Source of the DNA: Octopus sinensis
Lineage: Eukaryota
Assembly: GCF_006345805.1 (NCBI RefSeq)
Contig: NC_043009.1
Coordinates: 53,692,001 to 53,756,000, forward strand
Length of the DNA: 64,000 bases
Direction: 5' to 3'
Part shown: piece after piece, positions 41,490-55,436 of the stretch
How the letters are laid out: every line of letters begins with the position of its first letter
Numbering within the stretch: the first letter of the stretch is position 1
Made by a program: the position numbers and the translations under genes
The notes under the pieces: generated by a model
Told to the model about the DNA's origin: nothing
The model's database searches: none
The model's input: only the letters and a program-made list of their open reading frames with translations

Positions 41490-41712
41490 TGTGTGTTTTA
41501 CTTCTTTCACTTATTGGACAGCTGCTATGATAAGGCATTGCCGTGAGGGGTTGTAGTGGAACACATTGACCCCAGAACTTTTCTAAAGTACTGGTACTTA
41601 TTTTATCGGACTTTTTAGCCGAACCGCTAACCAAACCAACACCTGTGGTTTGTTTCTGAAACGTTGGAGGAGGACAACACAAACACAAACACACACAAAC
41701 ATTCACACATTT

Positions 41713-42040
41713 AATGGTTGTGTGGTAAAAAGCTTGCTTCCCAACCACATGGTTCCAGGTTCAGTCCTACTGCGTGGTACCTTGGGCTGATGTTATCTAC
41801 TATAGCCTGGTGCCGACTAAATACATGTGAGCGAATTTGGTAGACGGAATCTGAAAGAAGCCAGCTGTATAACATATATGTGTGTGCGTGTGCGTGTTTG
41901 TACCCCCACAATCGCTTGACAACCGATGTTGGTGAGTTTACGGCAAACGAAACCGATAGAATAAGTCCTGGAGTCGATTTGTTCGACTAAAGGTGATGCT
42001 CCAGTATGGCCGCATTCAAATGACTGAAACAAGTAAATGA
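41713..42040 (+). mobile_element. SINE family S2
   Basis: GTTGTGTGGTAAAAAGCTTGC...GGTGATGCTCCAGTATGGCCGC...CTGAAACAAGTAAA. Confidence 0.75.
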
Positions 42041-43769
42041 ATAAAAGAATATACACACAACACATACACATACATATAGTTGAAAAGGGGTTAGGAGTGC
42101 ATACAAATAAAAAATTATGGTTAAAAATGTAGACAATTTTAGAAAGTCACATAAGTATATTTTAGAGAATGTTCACTGTTTTTGTTAGTGATTGAAATCA
42201 GAGTGAGTCAATTACTATATATATTAGTTATTTCAACAATGAGCTTCGAATATTAATTGATGTTTTCCTTGCTTCTTCAGACCATCATATGTAAGCTTAC
42301 GTGTGCGATCGGTTAGCGTGCGAGTACCTGTGTGTTCTTGTGCGTGGGAATGAGCAGACAATACGTTTAAACAGCATTAAATTCCATTTCAATATGCTTA
42401 GTCCTTCAACGCTGAAAGTCGGGATTGACTTGGTGATTATAGTTTTAATTAATTTGATATATAATATCGTCCAGAGTTTACTTGCTTTCCAGTGATAATG
42501 ATAATTTCTTTTAGTTATGTACTGGAATTCTATTTTAAAAGAACTTTCGTCGATATTTTCTCTTTTAAAATCTTAATCAATCCTGCACGTACAAACTATT
42601 TGTAAAATTTATTCTAAAACAAATTACTAAATAGAAAACAATAGACGACGCAGTCTTTTTTCTTCTTTCTTATATCAATTTGTTATGCATTTGAAAAGGA
42701 AAATCCCATCAGATTTACTTCTAAAATAACTGGTTTAATGGATATCATCTTGATATTGATTTCATGTTGAAATTGATAGCTTTAAATCTTAATCTAAATA
42801 TATTTCAGACATTTTAATTTTGAGACAGTGATATTTTATTAACCACCATTTAAATAATCTTTTAAACCAAGAATGGCGTCTTTTGTAGAACTATAAATTA
42901 TCCACATATATTTCGTGATAAAATCTCATTTAATTTCTCAACAATGTAATTCATTTTCTCATAATTTTATCCATAATTTGCTTCGAGCCTGCTCTTACCT
43001 GATAGCAAACCCTGAATACTTGGATGATCAACTGAGATCTCGATATTTGGTCCAAAACGTTTTGCAATCAACTCGTGAAAATCCGATAAGCTTGCTCCAC
43101 AGGCTAGATTAATAATCTTACTTACGTTAATATTATGGTGGTGAATCCGCCATTATAAGGAAGACATTGAAATGACTAAGGACGAAGTGCATTACAACTG
43201 CAAACCATAATGAAATACAGGTACAACATTGATTTTCTAGTTACTCTTTGATAGAAAAAACCTCCTTTCTTTTAGTAGCAATAGATCTCTAAAACTGACA
43301 AGTGGCTCTTGAACTTGTGAAAATAGATTCGATTCTGAGCATCATTAAGTAAAATATAAATGAGTCCTACCAAGGGTTAGCCTAATGCTCTTCAGAAATA
43401 CAGATTTATCGGTTGTTTAATTCTAGCTAAAAGTTTGATGACCTCACGACTTTTGGACGTAGGACAATTTACCTGGAAAAATGATGAGTTAGATGTAGTA
43501 GCTAAATATCCCTCAAATCCTGTTATGCGAAAAAAAAATGGATACGCTGAGGTTTAATAAAAAGAGGTCTTGCTAAAACTAAATTATCGCTAATCAAAAG
43601 TCTGTCGAATTAGGTTTATACGGTGGTGTTGTTGGTGGTTGTGCGGCGGCGGCGTTGATGGTGGTGGTGGTCGTTTTGGTGGTGGTGGTGTAGCGGCGGC
43701 GGTGGTGATGGTGGTGGTGATGGTTGTTGTTGTGGTGGTGGTGGTGAGGATATAACACGGAGCATCAAG

Positions 43770-44180
43770 AAGTTTATGGCATCCTAGTTTGAATGCAACC
43801 TCCATGCAAGAGTTCTCCACCAACTACTTACAGTATAAAAAGCAAGGCACACTGACGAACAACAAATGTCGGTTGTGCAAGCATTAAAGTAAAAACAATG
43901 CCTTCTAGATGATGCGATGCCCTGAAAAATCAAGACCAGAATAAGAAATAAGAAAATACCAGCAAAGATCTCTATATGAAGATCTATGGGTGAAAAGAAT
44001 ATTGATGGAGCTGAAACTACAAAACGGTAATCAAATTAAAACAACACGGCAGAATATTGTTGTGCAGGACCACAAAAAATGTCCGTTTCCTTGTTGTGGA
44101 AATCAGTAATCCTCTGAACAGTAAGATAGAGTATAAGGATCACTGATTTGGAGTACTGAGTTCAGTAGCCAATATACACT
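43770..44180 (+). mobile_element. Highly decayed RLE-LINE fragment
   Basis: TNNKCRLCKH zinc-knuckle start and NIVVQDHKKC.FLVVEISNP endonuclease-like remnant. Confidence 0.4.
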
Positions 44181-44480
44181 TTCAGTTACTGAATGATGAT
44201 TATTGGAGTAACACGATACATACAAGTCTGTCTGAGGGAAATTATGGACGGACTTTCGTTGTTAGAGAGGAAATGTATACCTTTAATTTATACGCTACAA
44301 ATTAATCACGGTATCTGAGAAAACAAAAATCTGAAAGATTTGCTTAAAATTTACGGGAGAATTAAAAAACGAGAGGCTTTTCTTCAAAACCCTGCTGCTA
44401 AGTTAGTATCTTCTCTAAATTGAAAAACAAAACGAAGCTATACAAAATTACATATACAATATACATAAATAGTACATATA

Positions 44481-45452
44481 TTTTTTATTTTTTATTTTTT
44501 ATTTTATTTAGTTTCAGCTCACGAGCTGTGGCCACGCTGGGGCACCGCCATTTGGTGTTGCTACATGATTTTGCTTCACGAATGCTTTTTAGCAACTGTC
44601 ATTTGGTGCATGAGAGAGTTCGATGCAGCTGCCCTCATCTGCACCTCCTGCCGTGAAGTTGGTTCATCCGGGACTCCTGACAGGAAGAGATCCATTCCTA
44701 CTTTAAAGACATCCGCATCCACCCCATGCAGGTACCTCAGGTTCTTCGGGAAGATATTGAAGAGCTGTGGGCCTCTGAAGCCCAGGCTATCACAGTATCT
44801 TGTCCTACATCTTGATGGCAAATTTGGAGTCCTTGGCATCACGCAGTGGCGCCCAGTTCTGGGATTTGTGTAACTCTCGATGCCAATGTTTGGGATAAGT
44901 CCTTCCAGGATCTTCCAGATGTATATTATGGCATATATTTCTCGCCTACGCTCCACGGAATAGAGTTTTAATCTCTTGAGTCTTTCCCAGTAGCTTATAT
45001 GCTGCACAGAGGCTATCTTCTTCGTGTAGCTTCGTTGGATCACCTCAAGTTCTGTGATCAACTTGACACTAGATGGTGACCATAGCTGAGAGCAATAATC
45101 AAAGTGGCTTAGGACAAGTGTCTTCCAGAGAACCATCATGGTTTCTTGTTCTCTTGTTTTAAAGGTTCTAAGAATCCATCCGGCCAGCCGTCTACATTTC
45201 ATTGCCAATTTAGCAACATGTACATGAAAAGTTGCGTCATCACTCATGTAAATACCCAGGTCAAGCACTGATTATGCCTCTGGGATTGCAATCCCTCTGG
45301 GTCCAGTTTATTCATTGGGTATTGCATTTAGTTTTGCATGCTGATAGCATAAAGCTTGAAACTGTTCAGCATTAAAGTGCATGCTATTCTTTTCAGCCCA
45401 CTTGTATATTTTGTTCAGCTCACATTGCAGGTGCTTAATGTCGTCAGGGTTC
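44481..45452 (-). mobile_element. CR1/L2/Jockey-group LINE 3' portion with A-rich tail
   Basis: ORF 44576-45268 has DLGIYMSDDATF, DYCSQLWSP, YWERLKRLKLYSVERRRE and GPQLFNIFP. Tail is (AAATAAA)n-like; 5' end is in (TA)n. Confidence 0.85.
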
Positions 45453-45496
45453 TATATATATATACATGTATGTGTGTGTGTGTGTGTATGTATGTA

Positions 45497-45549
<53 letters not shown>

Positions 45550-45552
45550 CAC

Positions 45553-45601
<49 letters not shown>

Positions 45602-46352
45602 TGCATATGTGTTTATTTATGCCTTCGTCTATGAATGTGCGTGTATGTGAATATATTGTAATCTCTGTGCAACACCAATTAAATATTCTATCATAAACAT
45701 TAACGTTTCCGTGAAACATACTTTAGTCTGTTACCAAACATTTTGTATTTATGAGCTTGATAAGATATTGTACTTTAACAGTCAAAGAACGTTCAATTAT
45801 GGCATGATTAATGAAACTCGATCATTAATTATTTCAATGTCAATGTTACTAATTTTAAATGATACGCTATTAATAAATCTCACACGATTCTTGATTGTAA
45901 TTAAGTTTGTATATAAGCTAGTTTTTCAATATATATCTCAGAACGGCGTTTAGAGAAACAGTATTAGATTGTGTTTGTCTAGATATTATTTTTTTCCCCA
46001 TATATTATTTCCCAAACCACTTCGGTATCGATAGGTCATCTGTGTATAGAAATGTAGTGTTAACTTAGCGTGCCAGTTTTATCAGAATTCAATAAAGATT
46101 GAATATGTTTGAGTTCCTAAGAGAATAGAAACTAATTTGTACAGAATGTTGAGAGATCATTTCATAGCCAACATTGCTATTATGTGTTTTCCTTCCAATA
46201 TTACCAGCATTAAACTAAAGGGTTTTATAGATATCTTTAATTGAATATAAGGAGGTATTTTGTCGCTTAACTGTAGTTCTCCAATAAGCAAATAGGTTTG
46301 AGAGAGATATGAGGATAAGCACACAGACCCGCACACACGCGCACACATACAC

Positions 46353-46402
<50 letters not shown>

Positions 46403-47307
46403 CATATATGTATATATGTAAATATATGTTGATTTTATACGTATATATATATTATATATATATATGTTTATATATATACATACATATATATGTATATATA
46501 TATAATATATATATATATATGTATATATATACGTAGTATGCATACATACATAATACATAAATATATGTATGCATGTATGTATATATATATATATATAATA
46601 TATATATAAGTATATTAATATGTAAATATATATATATATACAGGTACAACACACACATGTACAGAGAGAGAGAAAGGGAGAGGGGGATGCGTGTAGGTTA
46701 GTATATTTCTCTAGAAAGTCCACAAAAATCTTTTAAGCTATCCTAACATATATAATAGGCTTCTCCTTATATTTGGCAATGTAATTACTTTAGCTTCGTG
46801 TTTTGAGCATCTGCTTACAGATGTATATAGATAGTTAATATTATCATTGAGTTCACAAATGGGTGGGTGAGAAAATCCTGTACATATATAATATAATATA
46901 ATATAATAGAAAAAGATATCAGTTCATATAAGGTCAAGTTGATTGTCCTCTTTAAGTTACCCGATAACAATATTTGAAGCAACATCATCTAAACCAAAAG
47001 GTACTTCTCTCAAAGTATCGGAAAGCCTCATATCATGATGTAGTTACCAAGACTTGGTAAGTGTTTTTCATGTTCGTATTAGGGAAAGGTTTGGAAGAAA
47101 TTCTTCCATTTAGGAATAAATTCGATCATTCGTATATGTAGCTACACTATCTTCATGGTGTTATTCAAATAGGAACATTTGACAGGACTCCCTAGAGGCC
47201 TTTGTGATTCATCGATCGCATAGTTGCATTCAGCTGGAGGTGAAAGTGAAATGGATTTACACGTACTCCTTATATAACCCTACAACCCCACTCTCTCTCT
47301 AACACAG

Positions 47308-47350
<43 letters not shown>

Positions 47351-47402
47351 TACATATATATACATACATACACACACATATATATATATATACACTACAT
47401 AC

Positions 47403-47433
<31 letters not shown>

Positions 47434-47513
47434 CATATATATATATATATTATATGTACATTACATATACATATACATATATATATACATATATATAATA
47501 CATATTCATATAC

Positions 47514-47544
<31 letters not shown>

Positions 47545-47575
47545 ATATATAGATAGATAGATAATAGATAGATAT

Positions 47576-47616
<41 letters not shown>

Positions 47617-48383
47617 GATAGATAGATAGATAGATAGATATGAAAGGAAGTTATTTAATTCCACAGGGGAATTTTATGATACGTAAACTAGGCATATTTA
47701 TAGTGCGCCATGTATCTCCAAGCAATTTTTCAAGCGTTGTTTATGCGATTTCATATCGATCTTCAATGTTGAGACTCTCGATTATCTTACATACGTACAT
47801 ATGCAAAGGCAAACATCTGCCCGCGCACACAATTCAGCCGCATCTTTTGACGATGATGTGTGTGAGTGCGCATGTGTAAAGAAGCATAGAGAAGCAACAG
47901 GGAACTATAGCATTACTATACGAAACAATTACAGACTAACCTTCTGACTTGAATGATCTATCTTTTGTAATTATATTTATAACGTAGTTATAGTGGGACT
48001 AGTGTCGCAATCTTGGCTGTTCCAGTCACACAAGTATGCCTGATTTATTTACAAGTTTTTGGACTGTCTGTCGTGTCCTGTAACATATTCATAATTCTGA
48101 AGTAGCCACATTAATTACTCTCTCTTTCTCTCTCCCTCCTCTCTCTCCCCCACTCTTCTTGCTCTCTCCCCTCACTCTCTATATATATGTATATATATAC
48201 AAATAGATAAGTGTATTTTTCCCTTGCGAACAATTAACACGGAAAATAGATAAATAGTTGCCAGGGTAGCAAAAGATCACACAAGTAAATAGGTTGTAAC
48301 TCCTAGTTTTTAAAGGTAGAAACTTCGGGTTTACGTGAAATTTTTTGTACAATATATAACGCAGGTATAATTCAAATACTTTT

Positions 48384-48469
48384 ACTTCCGACACATGTTT
48401 CGAAGATTTCACTGATATTATTCCAAAGGAATAAATGGTGTAAAGCAATGTAATCTCTATCAGGGAAGT
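48384..48469 (-). ncRNA. Decayed hammerhead ribozyme
   Basis: Minus strand: ACTTCC-CTGATAG-AGAT...ATCT-TC-GAAA-CATGT-GTC-GGAAGT. Perfect 6-bp stem I and a GUC triplet, but the CUGANGA core is broken. Confidence 0.5.
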
Positions 48470-48585
48470 GAAGAAATAAAACTCGTCAAAAAGACATTTT
48501 AACAGAAAATTATATAAATACATATATATATATTATATGAGTGTGTGTGTGAGAGTGAATGTGAGCGTGTGTATGCATATATATA

Positions 48586-48625
<40 letters not shown>

Positions 48626-48674
48626 ACAAAGAAGTCAAGGTTGAAAATGCTAACATAATTTTGTAAAAACATTT

Positions 48675-48709
48675 CAGTCCCGGTTCCAGTCATTGAGACT
48701 TTTCAACTG
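48675..48709 (-). ncRNA. Decayed hammerhead motif, U3-A8 family
   Basis: Minus strand: CAG-TTGAAAA-GTCTCAATGAC-T-GGAA-CCGG-GA-CTG. The GAAA and UH positions are mutated. Confidence 0.4.
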
Positions 48710-48929
48710 TAAGTATGGAAAACAATTAAATTTTGGAAAAAAATAAAAGAAAAGTTTTTTTAAAAGAATATTTGCATAGTATTCATGGACCTCGAACCCA
48801 TAAGAGTAAAGAAAAGAGTGACAGAGACAGGCAGAAACAAGGAAACTGTCGCTTTGTATTTGAATACTATGCTAACATTCTTTTAAAACTCTTTTAATTT
48901 TTCCAAAATTTAATTCTTTTTTGTACTTA

Positions 48930-48965
48930 CAGTTGAAAAGGTGTCAATGTCCGAAACCGGTACTG
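48930..48965 (+). ncRNA. Hammerhead motif with U3-A8 core variant
   Basis: CAG-TTGAAAA-GG(TGTCAATGT)CC-GAA-ACCGGT-A-CTG. The inverted sister copy at 48675-48709 shares TTGAAAA and supplies the paired stem II GTC(TCAAT)GAC. Confidence 0.55.
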
Positions 48966-49135
48966 AAATGTTTATTATAAAATTATTTTAGCATTTTCTA
49001 CTTTTACTTTTTTCCCTATATATCAGCTCGTGTGTTCCTTTTCAACTTTCTACATATATGTATATATATATATAATTTTCAGAATGAGATAAAAGTCCAA
49101 AGATGTGAAAGATTTTAGAACATTTATAAAGAGAA

Positions 49136-49187
49136 AGTCTTACAGCTGTTTCCGGGATATTTTATATACCCCTTCATCGATAAGATA
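49136..49187 (-). ncRNA. Decayed hammerhead ribozyme
   Basis: Minus strand: TCGATGA-AGGGG(TATATAAAATA)TCCCG-GAAA-CAGCTG-TA-AGAC. Palindromic stem III and UA triplet are present; the core reads TCGATGA instead of CTGATGA. Confidence 0.4.
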
Positions 49188-49484
49188 TGAAATAGAGGGT
49201 GAAGTGGAGGAATGAAAATAGACGCGAGATATACAGGGATATTGCATTTGTAGATCCATTATTTAGGCAGAATGCTATGCATATAAGATTCCAATACTAT
49301 TGAATCGAGGGTGGAGCTTAAATATAGTCTGTCCATAGCACTTAATCAGCATTACCTGATACCTTTGGGTCTTATTCACACCATTACCTCTCATAACCTC
49401 TCTGTCTATCTGTCTGTCTGTTTCTGTCTCTGTCTGTCTCTCTCTCTCTCTCTCTCTATATATATAATATATATATATATATAT

Positions 49485-49530
<46 letters not shown>

Positions 49531-49537
49531 TATTTGT

Positions 49538-49929
49538 TCTTATTTGTTTCAGTCATTTGACTGCGGCCATGCTGGAACACTACCTTTAGTCGAACGAATC
49601 GAGCCCAGAACTTATTCTTTGTAAGCCTAGTACTTATTATATTCGGTCACTTTTTGCCGAACCGTTATGTTATGGGGACGTCAACACACCAACATCTCTG
49701 GTCAAGTGATATTGGGGGACAAACATAGACACAAACATATACACACACATACATATATATATATATACATATATTCGACGTGCCTCTTTCAGTTTCCGTC
49801 TACCAAATCCACTCACAAAGCTCTGGTCGGCCCAAGCGATATTAGAAGACACTTGCCCAAGGTGACACGGAGCGGAACTGAACCCGGAACTATGTTGTTG
49901 GTAAGCAAGCTACTTACCACACAGCTACT
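49538..49929 (-). mobile_element. SINE family S2
   Basis: Near full-length minus-strand copy. Further partial S2 copies lie at about 6308-6485, 8817-8965, 21716-21862, 28425-28552 and 52024-52160. Confidence 0.8.
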
Positions 49930-49954
49930 CTCTATCTCTCACTCTCTCTCTCTT

Positions 49955-49987
<33 letters not shown>

Positions 49988-50340
49988 GAAATATATGAGT
50001 ATATGTTTGCCCGTACGCACATATGTATGGACGGATGGATAGTAGATGAATGTATGCCTATGTGTGTATGTATATATTCATGAATGTATGTATATATATA
50101 TATATATATGTGTGTGCGTGCATGAATGTCGTATGCGTATACTAAATAAATATTCATAGCTGGTCAGAAAATATAATTTGCAAATAGATTATGAAGCTGA
50201 ACACTTTTTTTAAAGTTGAAATTTAATGGTAACAATATAGACAAAGATAGTAAAATATATAATGTAATATATATTTAAATGATGCGAAAATTTAGGCACA
50301 GACACACGAATACACACACAAATGTATATGTATGTATATA

Positions 50341-50427
<87 letters not shown>

Positions 50428-51095
50428 GCGTAGTTGTGTTTCAGCGAGTTTAATTGTATGTAAGTTTTGTATGCCGTATATATATATATATATATATATA
50501 TACATACATATATACCTGACAAATTAACTAAACATAACTATGCATATATATCATCATATATGTCGGTTGCGTGTCTATTGCCCATGTTACATTATTGCCC
50601 GTCAGTTATTTCTCAATTTACATGCGTTTTGTTTATGAAACCAAAATTTGATAACTATATGCATTCGTATATAAACGCGTATAATGCACACGCATACTCA
50701 TTGTAATACACACGCTTAAGTTTGAATCATATTACATTTTTTTCCTATAATTTATACTGCGAATATGTTTCCTTTATAGAAATTTTATCAGTTATTTTAC
50801 AGTTGTCTAATACTCTATGCATAAATTAATATATATTCTAACCACTTGCTGAACAGCTATAAATATTCTATGTTAGAAAAAAATAAACAAACACTCTCGT
50901 GGCATATTGGTAATTAGTTATTTAAACCTGGGTAGCGTCAAAATTGTGTGTAGGAATGAAGCAATTGATAGTAATTTCAGCACTTTAATATGTATGTATT
51001 TATATATATATACGCCTGTGTATATATATATATATATATACATAAATTTATATAATATATTATATACACATACATATATACATAATATTATAATA

Positions 51096-51149
<54 letters not shown>

Positions 51150-51339
51150 CATATATTTATATACATATGTACATACATATATATATGCCACCACATATCT
51201 AAACTAACTCTTTGCACCTTTTCGGTCTCTCTAGGCCCAGTGAACATAGCATAGTTAGCGTTATCGTCTTAACTATTGGCTTTTAAGATAAAAAAAACGT
51301 CCTTTATTTAATTACATTCTGTAATTTTATATTAAGCAA

Positions 51340-51403
<64 letters not shown>

Positions 51404-52589
51404 TAATAATAATAATAATAATAATAATAGCAAAAGCAACAACAACAACAATGATAGCAACAATAAAATAAATTCTGGATGCAAAGCAATTCTAAAATAT
51501 TGGTTTTCCAACAAAGTTATTGATTACATTTTTTTCCCACTAACACGAAAATTGATATTAGGATTTGACAGATAGAAGTGTGAAAAATATGTCATCTTCT
51601 TTTGCTTTCGTTTTAATTTTTATTTTTGTAGACATAGGGTATATTAGACATAGGGTATATCGTGGGCATTGTACCTACGTAGATGTTATATTTCCAAATA
51701 CCTTGATACGAAACATTAGCAATATCGCCATAATATTTTACCGTTCCCTTCCACATTATCCGAGGTCTCATACCTGTCAGATAATTATATAATTATTTTT
51801 GCTATTACTCTGGTAGACTAGGAGTCCTGTACGGAGGAGTGGTAGAAATAGCCCGAAATCAGGACTGGTCTACTGGTCCCGTCAGTAGGGATTCGCTCCG
51901 TTGCTCGCAACTTTGTTGGATGCAACAGTGCACCGTTAAGCTAGAGGGAATTCAGCTTGAGGTTTTAAAAGATCGCAGTAGAATCCGCTCGAACGGACAA
52001 CCACATTAAAGTGGGTATTCTTTGGGCAGGAGTGGCTGTGTGGTAAGTAGCTTGCTTACCAGCCACATGTTCCAGTTTCTGTCTCGTTGCGTGGCACCTT
52101 GTGCAAGTGTCTTCTGCTATAGCCTCGGGCCAACCAAAACCTTGTGAGCAGATTTGGTATATACATAAGTCTACTACTTATATATATTCGCTATAGGGAC
52201 GGGTAACCACTATAAGCTGTAGTGGGGAACATTTCACACGTGTGATGAGGCTGACCAAAGGATTTTATTTTTAGATATATCTGGGGTACTTATATGTACT
52301 CATTATTTTTGCTTCGGCTTCTTTCCATGGGCGCATGTAAGTATCTTATTTATATCTTTTCGTATTTTCTACTGAAGAGGAAAAAATCTATTATGAGATT
52401 AATTCCGAAATTGATTCAATATAGAAATAACGAGCTTTTTAAAAAAATTATTTTGGCTTGCTTTCCTCGATTTCAGCTCTTCGTGTTTTCTGTAGCGAGT
52501 AAATAATATGTGGAAATTGACGATTTACAAGTCTGTTATCAGCATATTGGCTTAGAATAATTTTCTTTAGCACTTATTTATAAGTTGTT

Positions 52590-52633
<44 letters not shown>

Positions 52634-52679
52634 ATGTGTGTGTGGTGTGTGTGTGTGTGTGGGTGGGTGTGTTTGTGTG

Positions 52680-53300
52680 TCTGTGTTTCTCCCCCCACCA
52701 TCGTTTGACAACCGATATTGGTGTGTTGACGTCTCCGTAATTTAGCAGTTCGGCAAAATGTCCGACAGGCATTTCGTCTGCCTTTACATTCTGAGTTTAA
52801 ATTCCACTGAGGTCAGCTTTGCCTGTCATACTTATGCAGTCGATAAAGTAAGCACCAGTAATGGAGTAGACATAATCTATTAACTCTCTCTCACCGTACA
52901 TTTCACGCGATGTGCCTATTACAGAAATAATTATTCTATTAGGAGGCGAGTTAGCAGAATTGTTCGGATGCTGGACAAGGAATTTTACCGGACTTCACAC
53001 TCTGAGTTCAAATACCACGGTCGTCGACCTTTCATTCTTTCGAGTTCAGTAAAATAAAGTTATACACTGGAGTCGATATAACCGACGAGCCTGCTTCTGC
53101 AAAATGTCAGGTCTTGTACTTATTCAAGGCGGCAAGCTAGCGAATCCTTAGCGCGCCGAACAAAATGCTTAGCAACATTTCTTCAGACATTTTAACTTAG
53201 GAGTTCAAAAAGTGTTATGGTCACCTTTGGCTTTCATTTTCCTGAGGATAATAAATAAGTATCATTTGAAGAATGGGGCCGATGGAATCGGCTAACCTAC
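52680..53300 (+). mobile_element. Cluster of diverged S1/S2-related SINEs
   Basis: Repeated GGCGAG(T/C)TAGC heads, GAGTT(C/T)AAA motifs and an S2 central segment. Confidence 0.5.
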
Positions 53301-54294
53301 ATCCTACATCTTCTGTTAAAATTTATGACAATTAGGTGCAATGAACATTGAAAGGCTAGCATGATCGTCTTAACTATTCTGGCCTTGTGCCAAAATTAGA
53401 AAGAAATATAATTTCAACAATTGGATTTTAGTGTCGGAAAGTTAAAAATAAAAAAAACCTTCACCCTTTATTCCTTGATTATGTTTTGCAGCTTTTAATA
53501 AGGCAAATAAAATTTTGGTTGCAATGAAATTCTAAAATATTGGTTTTCCATCGGTCTTATTGATTAGAATATTTTCTTAACACAAAAACTAACTTGGCCC
53601 TATTAAACCTAACATGCAACCCATTTAGCGTAATAAGCTGACGCATGTATACATACATATACACATGTGTACACAGATGCGTACACACACAAACACACAC
53701 ACACACAACACACACTCACACACACACGCACACACACACACACACGATTTACAGTTTATATGAATCGCCCGGTGGATATTACCTAAACCCATTCCTGGGT
53801 TCCTTACTCGACACTTTCTTAGCCATAGTGTTCTGACTGACATATTCGTGCTAGACTTCCTACAGTTCCTGCTTTTCTATTATCATTGACCAACTGAACA
53901 GCACAATATTGAATAAGTTGACTTTAACATAACTGCAAGGGTTTTGTTTGATAACCGGCAGGATGAGAGGAGGAGAAAGAAAAATTTGTCAAAGATTTAT
54001 AGAAGTACCTATGTGACGAACATTCGGATATAACAGTCGCCTCATGTTCAAGCCGTGCAAAATGTTGATGCTTGTTTCTAGACTGCGTGTATTTATGTGT
54101 GGCATTCTTAGGGTGTTGTGCAAGTCGTTATGAACTTTAAATTTCAGCACGTGCATTGCTGACAGCCATTGTTTTAACGTCTACGATAACATAAATCTTC
54201 AGTAATGGCCGTATAGTCTACCAGGTCACACACACACACACACACACAACACACACACACCACACACACACACTTATATATTATATATATATAC

Positions 54295-54344
<50 letters not shown>

Positions 54345-54425
54345 GACATATAAGGGATGTCCTATTATGGCCATCCCTTATATGTCTGAATGTATATTAC
54401 ATAGTCGACTATTCTTTCTTTCTCA

Positions 54426-54472
54426 CTTCCTGATGATTTCATTTGAATGAAACAGTTCTAGTCCTGTAGAAG
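54426..54472 (+). ncRNA. Type I hammerhead ribozyme motif
   Basis: CTTC-CTGATGA-T.TTC(ATTT)GAA.T-GAA-ACAG(TTCTAGTC)CTGT-A-GAAG. All three stems are present, but the first stem II pair is a U.U mismatch. Confidence 0.65.
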
Positions 54473-54704
54473 CTCCTTCTATAATATATATTATATATAT
54501 ATATATACTATCTATATAATATATATATATATATATATACTATATATCACTTGATCACTTGACCGACCAGACTATCAGATGTTGCTACACATCGCTGGAC
54601 ACAATGCGTTCGCATTGTTTTAGCCTTCGAACGACCCTACACCGCTGGCTAAGTGAGCAGGCCAATATATATATATATATATATATATTATATAATATAT
54701 ATAT

Positions 54705-54900
54705 GAAGGTTCTTAATTACACAAACATCAAAATAACACTGACATTTCATTTTAACAGATATAATTACCAAATTACATAAAAATATCTTGAAATACTATA
54801 GAGTAAATTTATTCAATAAAATAGCCATTGGTTTCGACCACGGCAACAAGACGACTACGGAATCTCCTGTAACTCTTTTGGACAGTCTCCTGAACTTAAG
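54705..54900 (-). mobile_element. Tc1/mariner-superfamily transposase C-terminal remnant
   Basis: VQETVQKSYRRFRSRLVAVVETNGYFIE*, typical of the F.SRL.AV....G..IE* terminus. Confidence 0.55.
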
Positions 54901-55361
54901 ACTTCTACGTTATAACAATGAGAAACAGAGATTCTGCGTCACGACAATTAGTTATATACTTATTAAATAGAGTAAACATTTTAAGAAAACTTATGCGTAT
55001 TTTATAATATATGTAAATCAACTATTATTAAGAAAGAGAATATGTAAATGCCTTCCGAAATTTGTGATATCATTTCATTGTAAAATACTCATTGGAATTT
55101 AATAAAAATGATTTAGAATTATACAATATATTTCTTCAAGGCAAAGATCACATGCACATTACCAACATTATACGATGCACCACTTTAAATTGCTCTTAAT
55201 GTTTCTATCTTTTAAATCCCAAATGCATAAAAGAAGTTGAAATTACACTGCAATTCTTTTACTCGTTTTCATTTTTGAATTTTTAAACATCAGATTTATC
55301 TGATATTAAAAAACAGAGATAGAAATACGTAGAGTTATGCTGCATTCCCCTCTTTCTTTGC

Positions 55362-55431
<70 letters not shown>

Positions 55432-55436
<5 letters not shown>

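Larger units (their letters stand above)
48649..48992. mobile_element. Old fold-back element (probable Penelope-like pseudo-LTR pair)
   Basis: Imperfect inverted arms of about 135 bp (48649-48785 / 48861-48992), each containing the U3-A8 hammerhead motif, next to (TA)n. Confidence 0.5.

Noticed and set aside
42999-43110. Open minus-strand frame before CAG|GTAAGA (ACGASLSDFHELIAKRFGPNIEISVDHPSIQGLLS)
   Set aside because: No convincing acceptor and no recognisable similarity to class C GPCRs.
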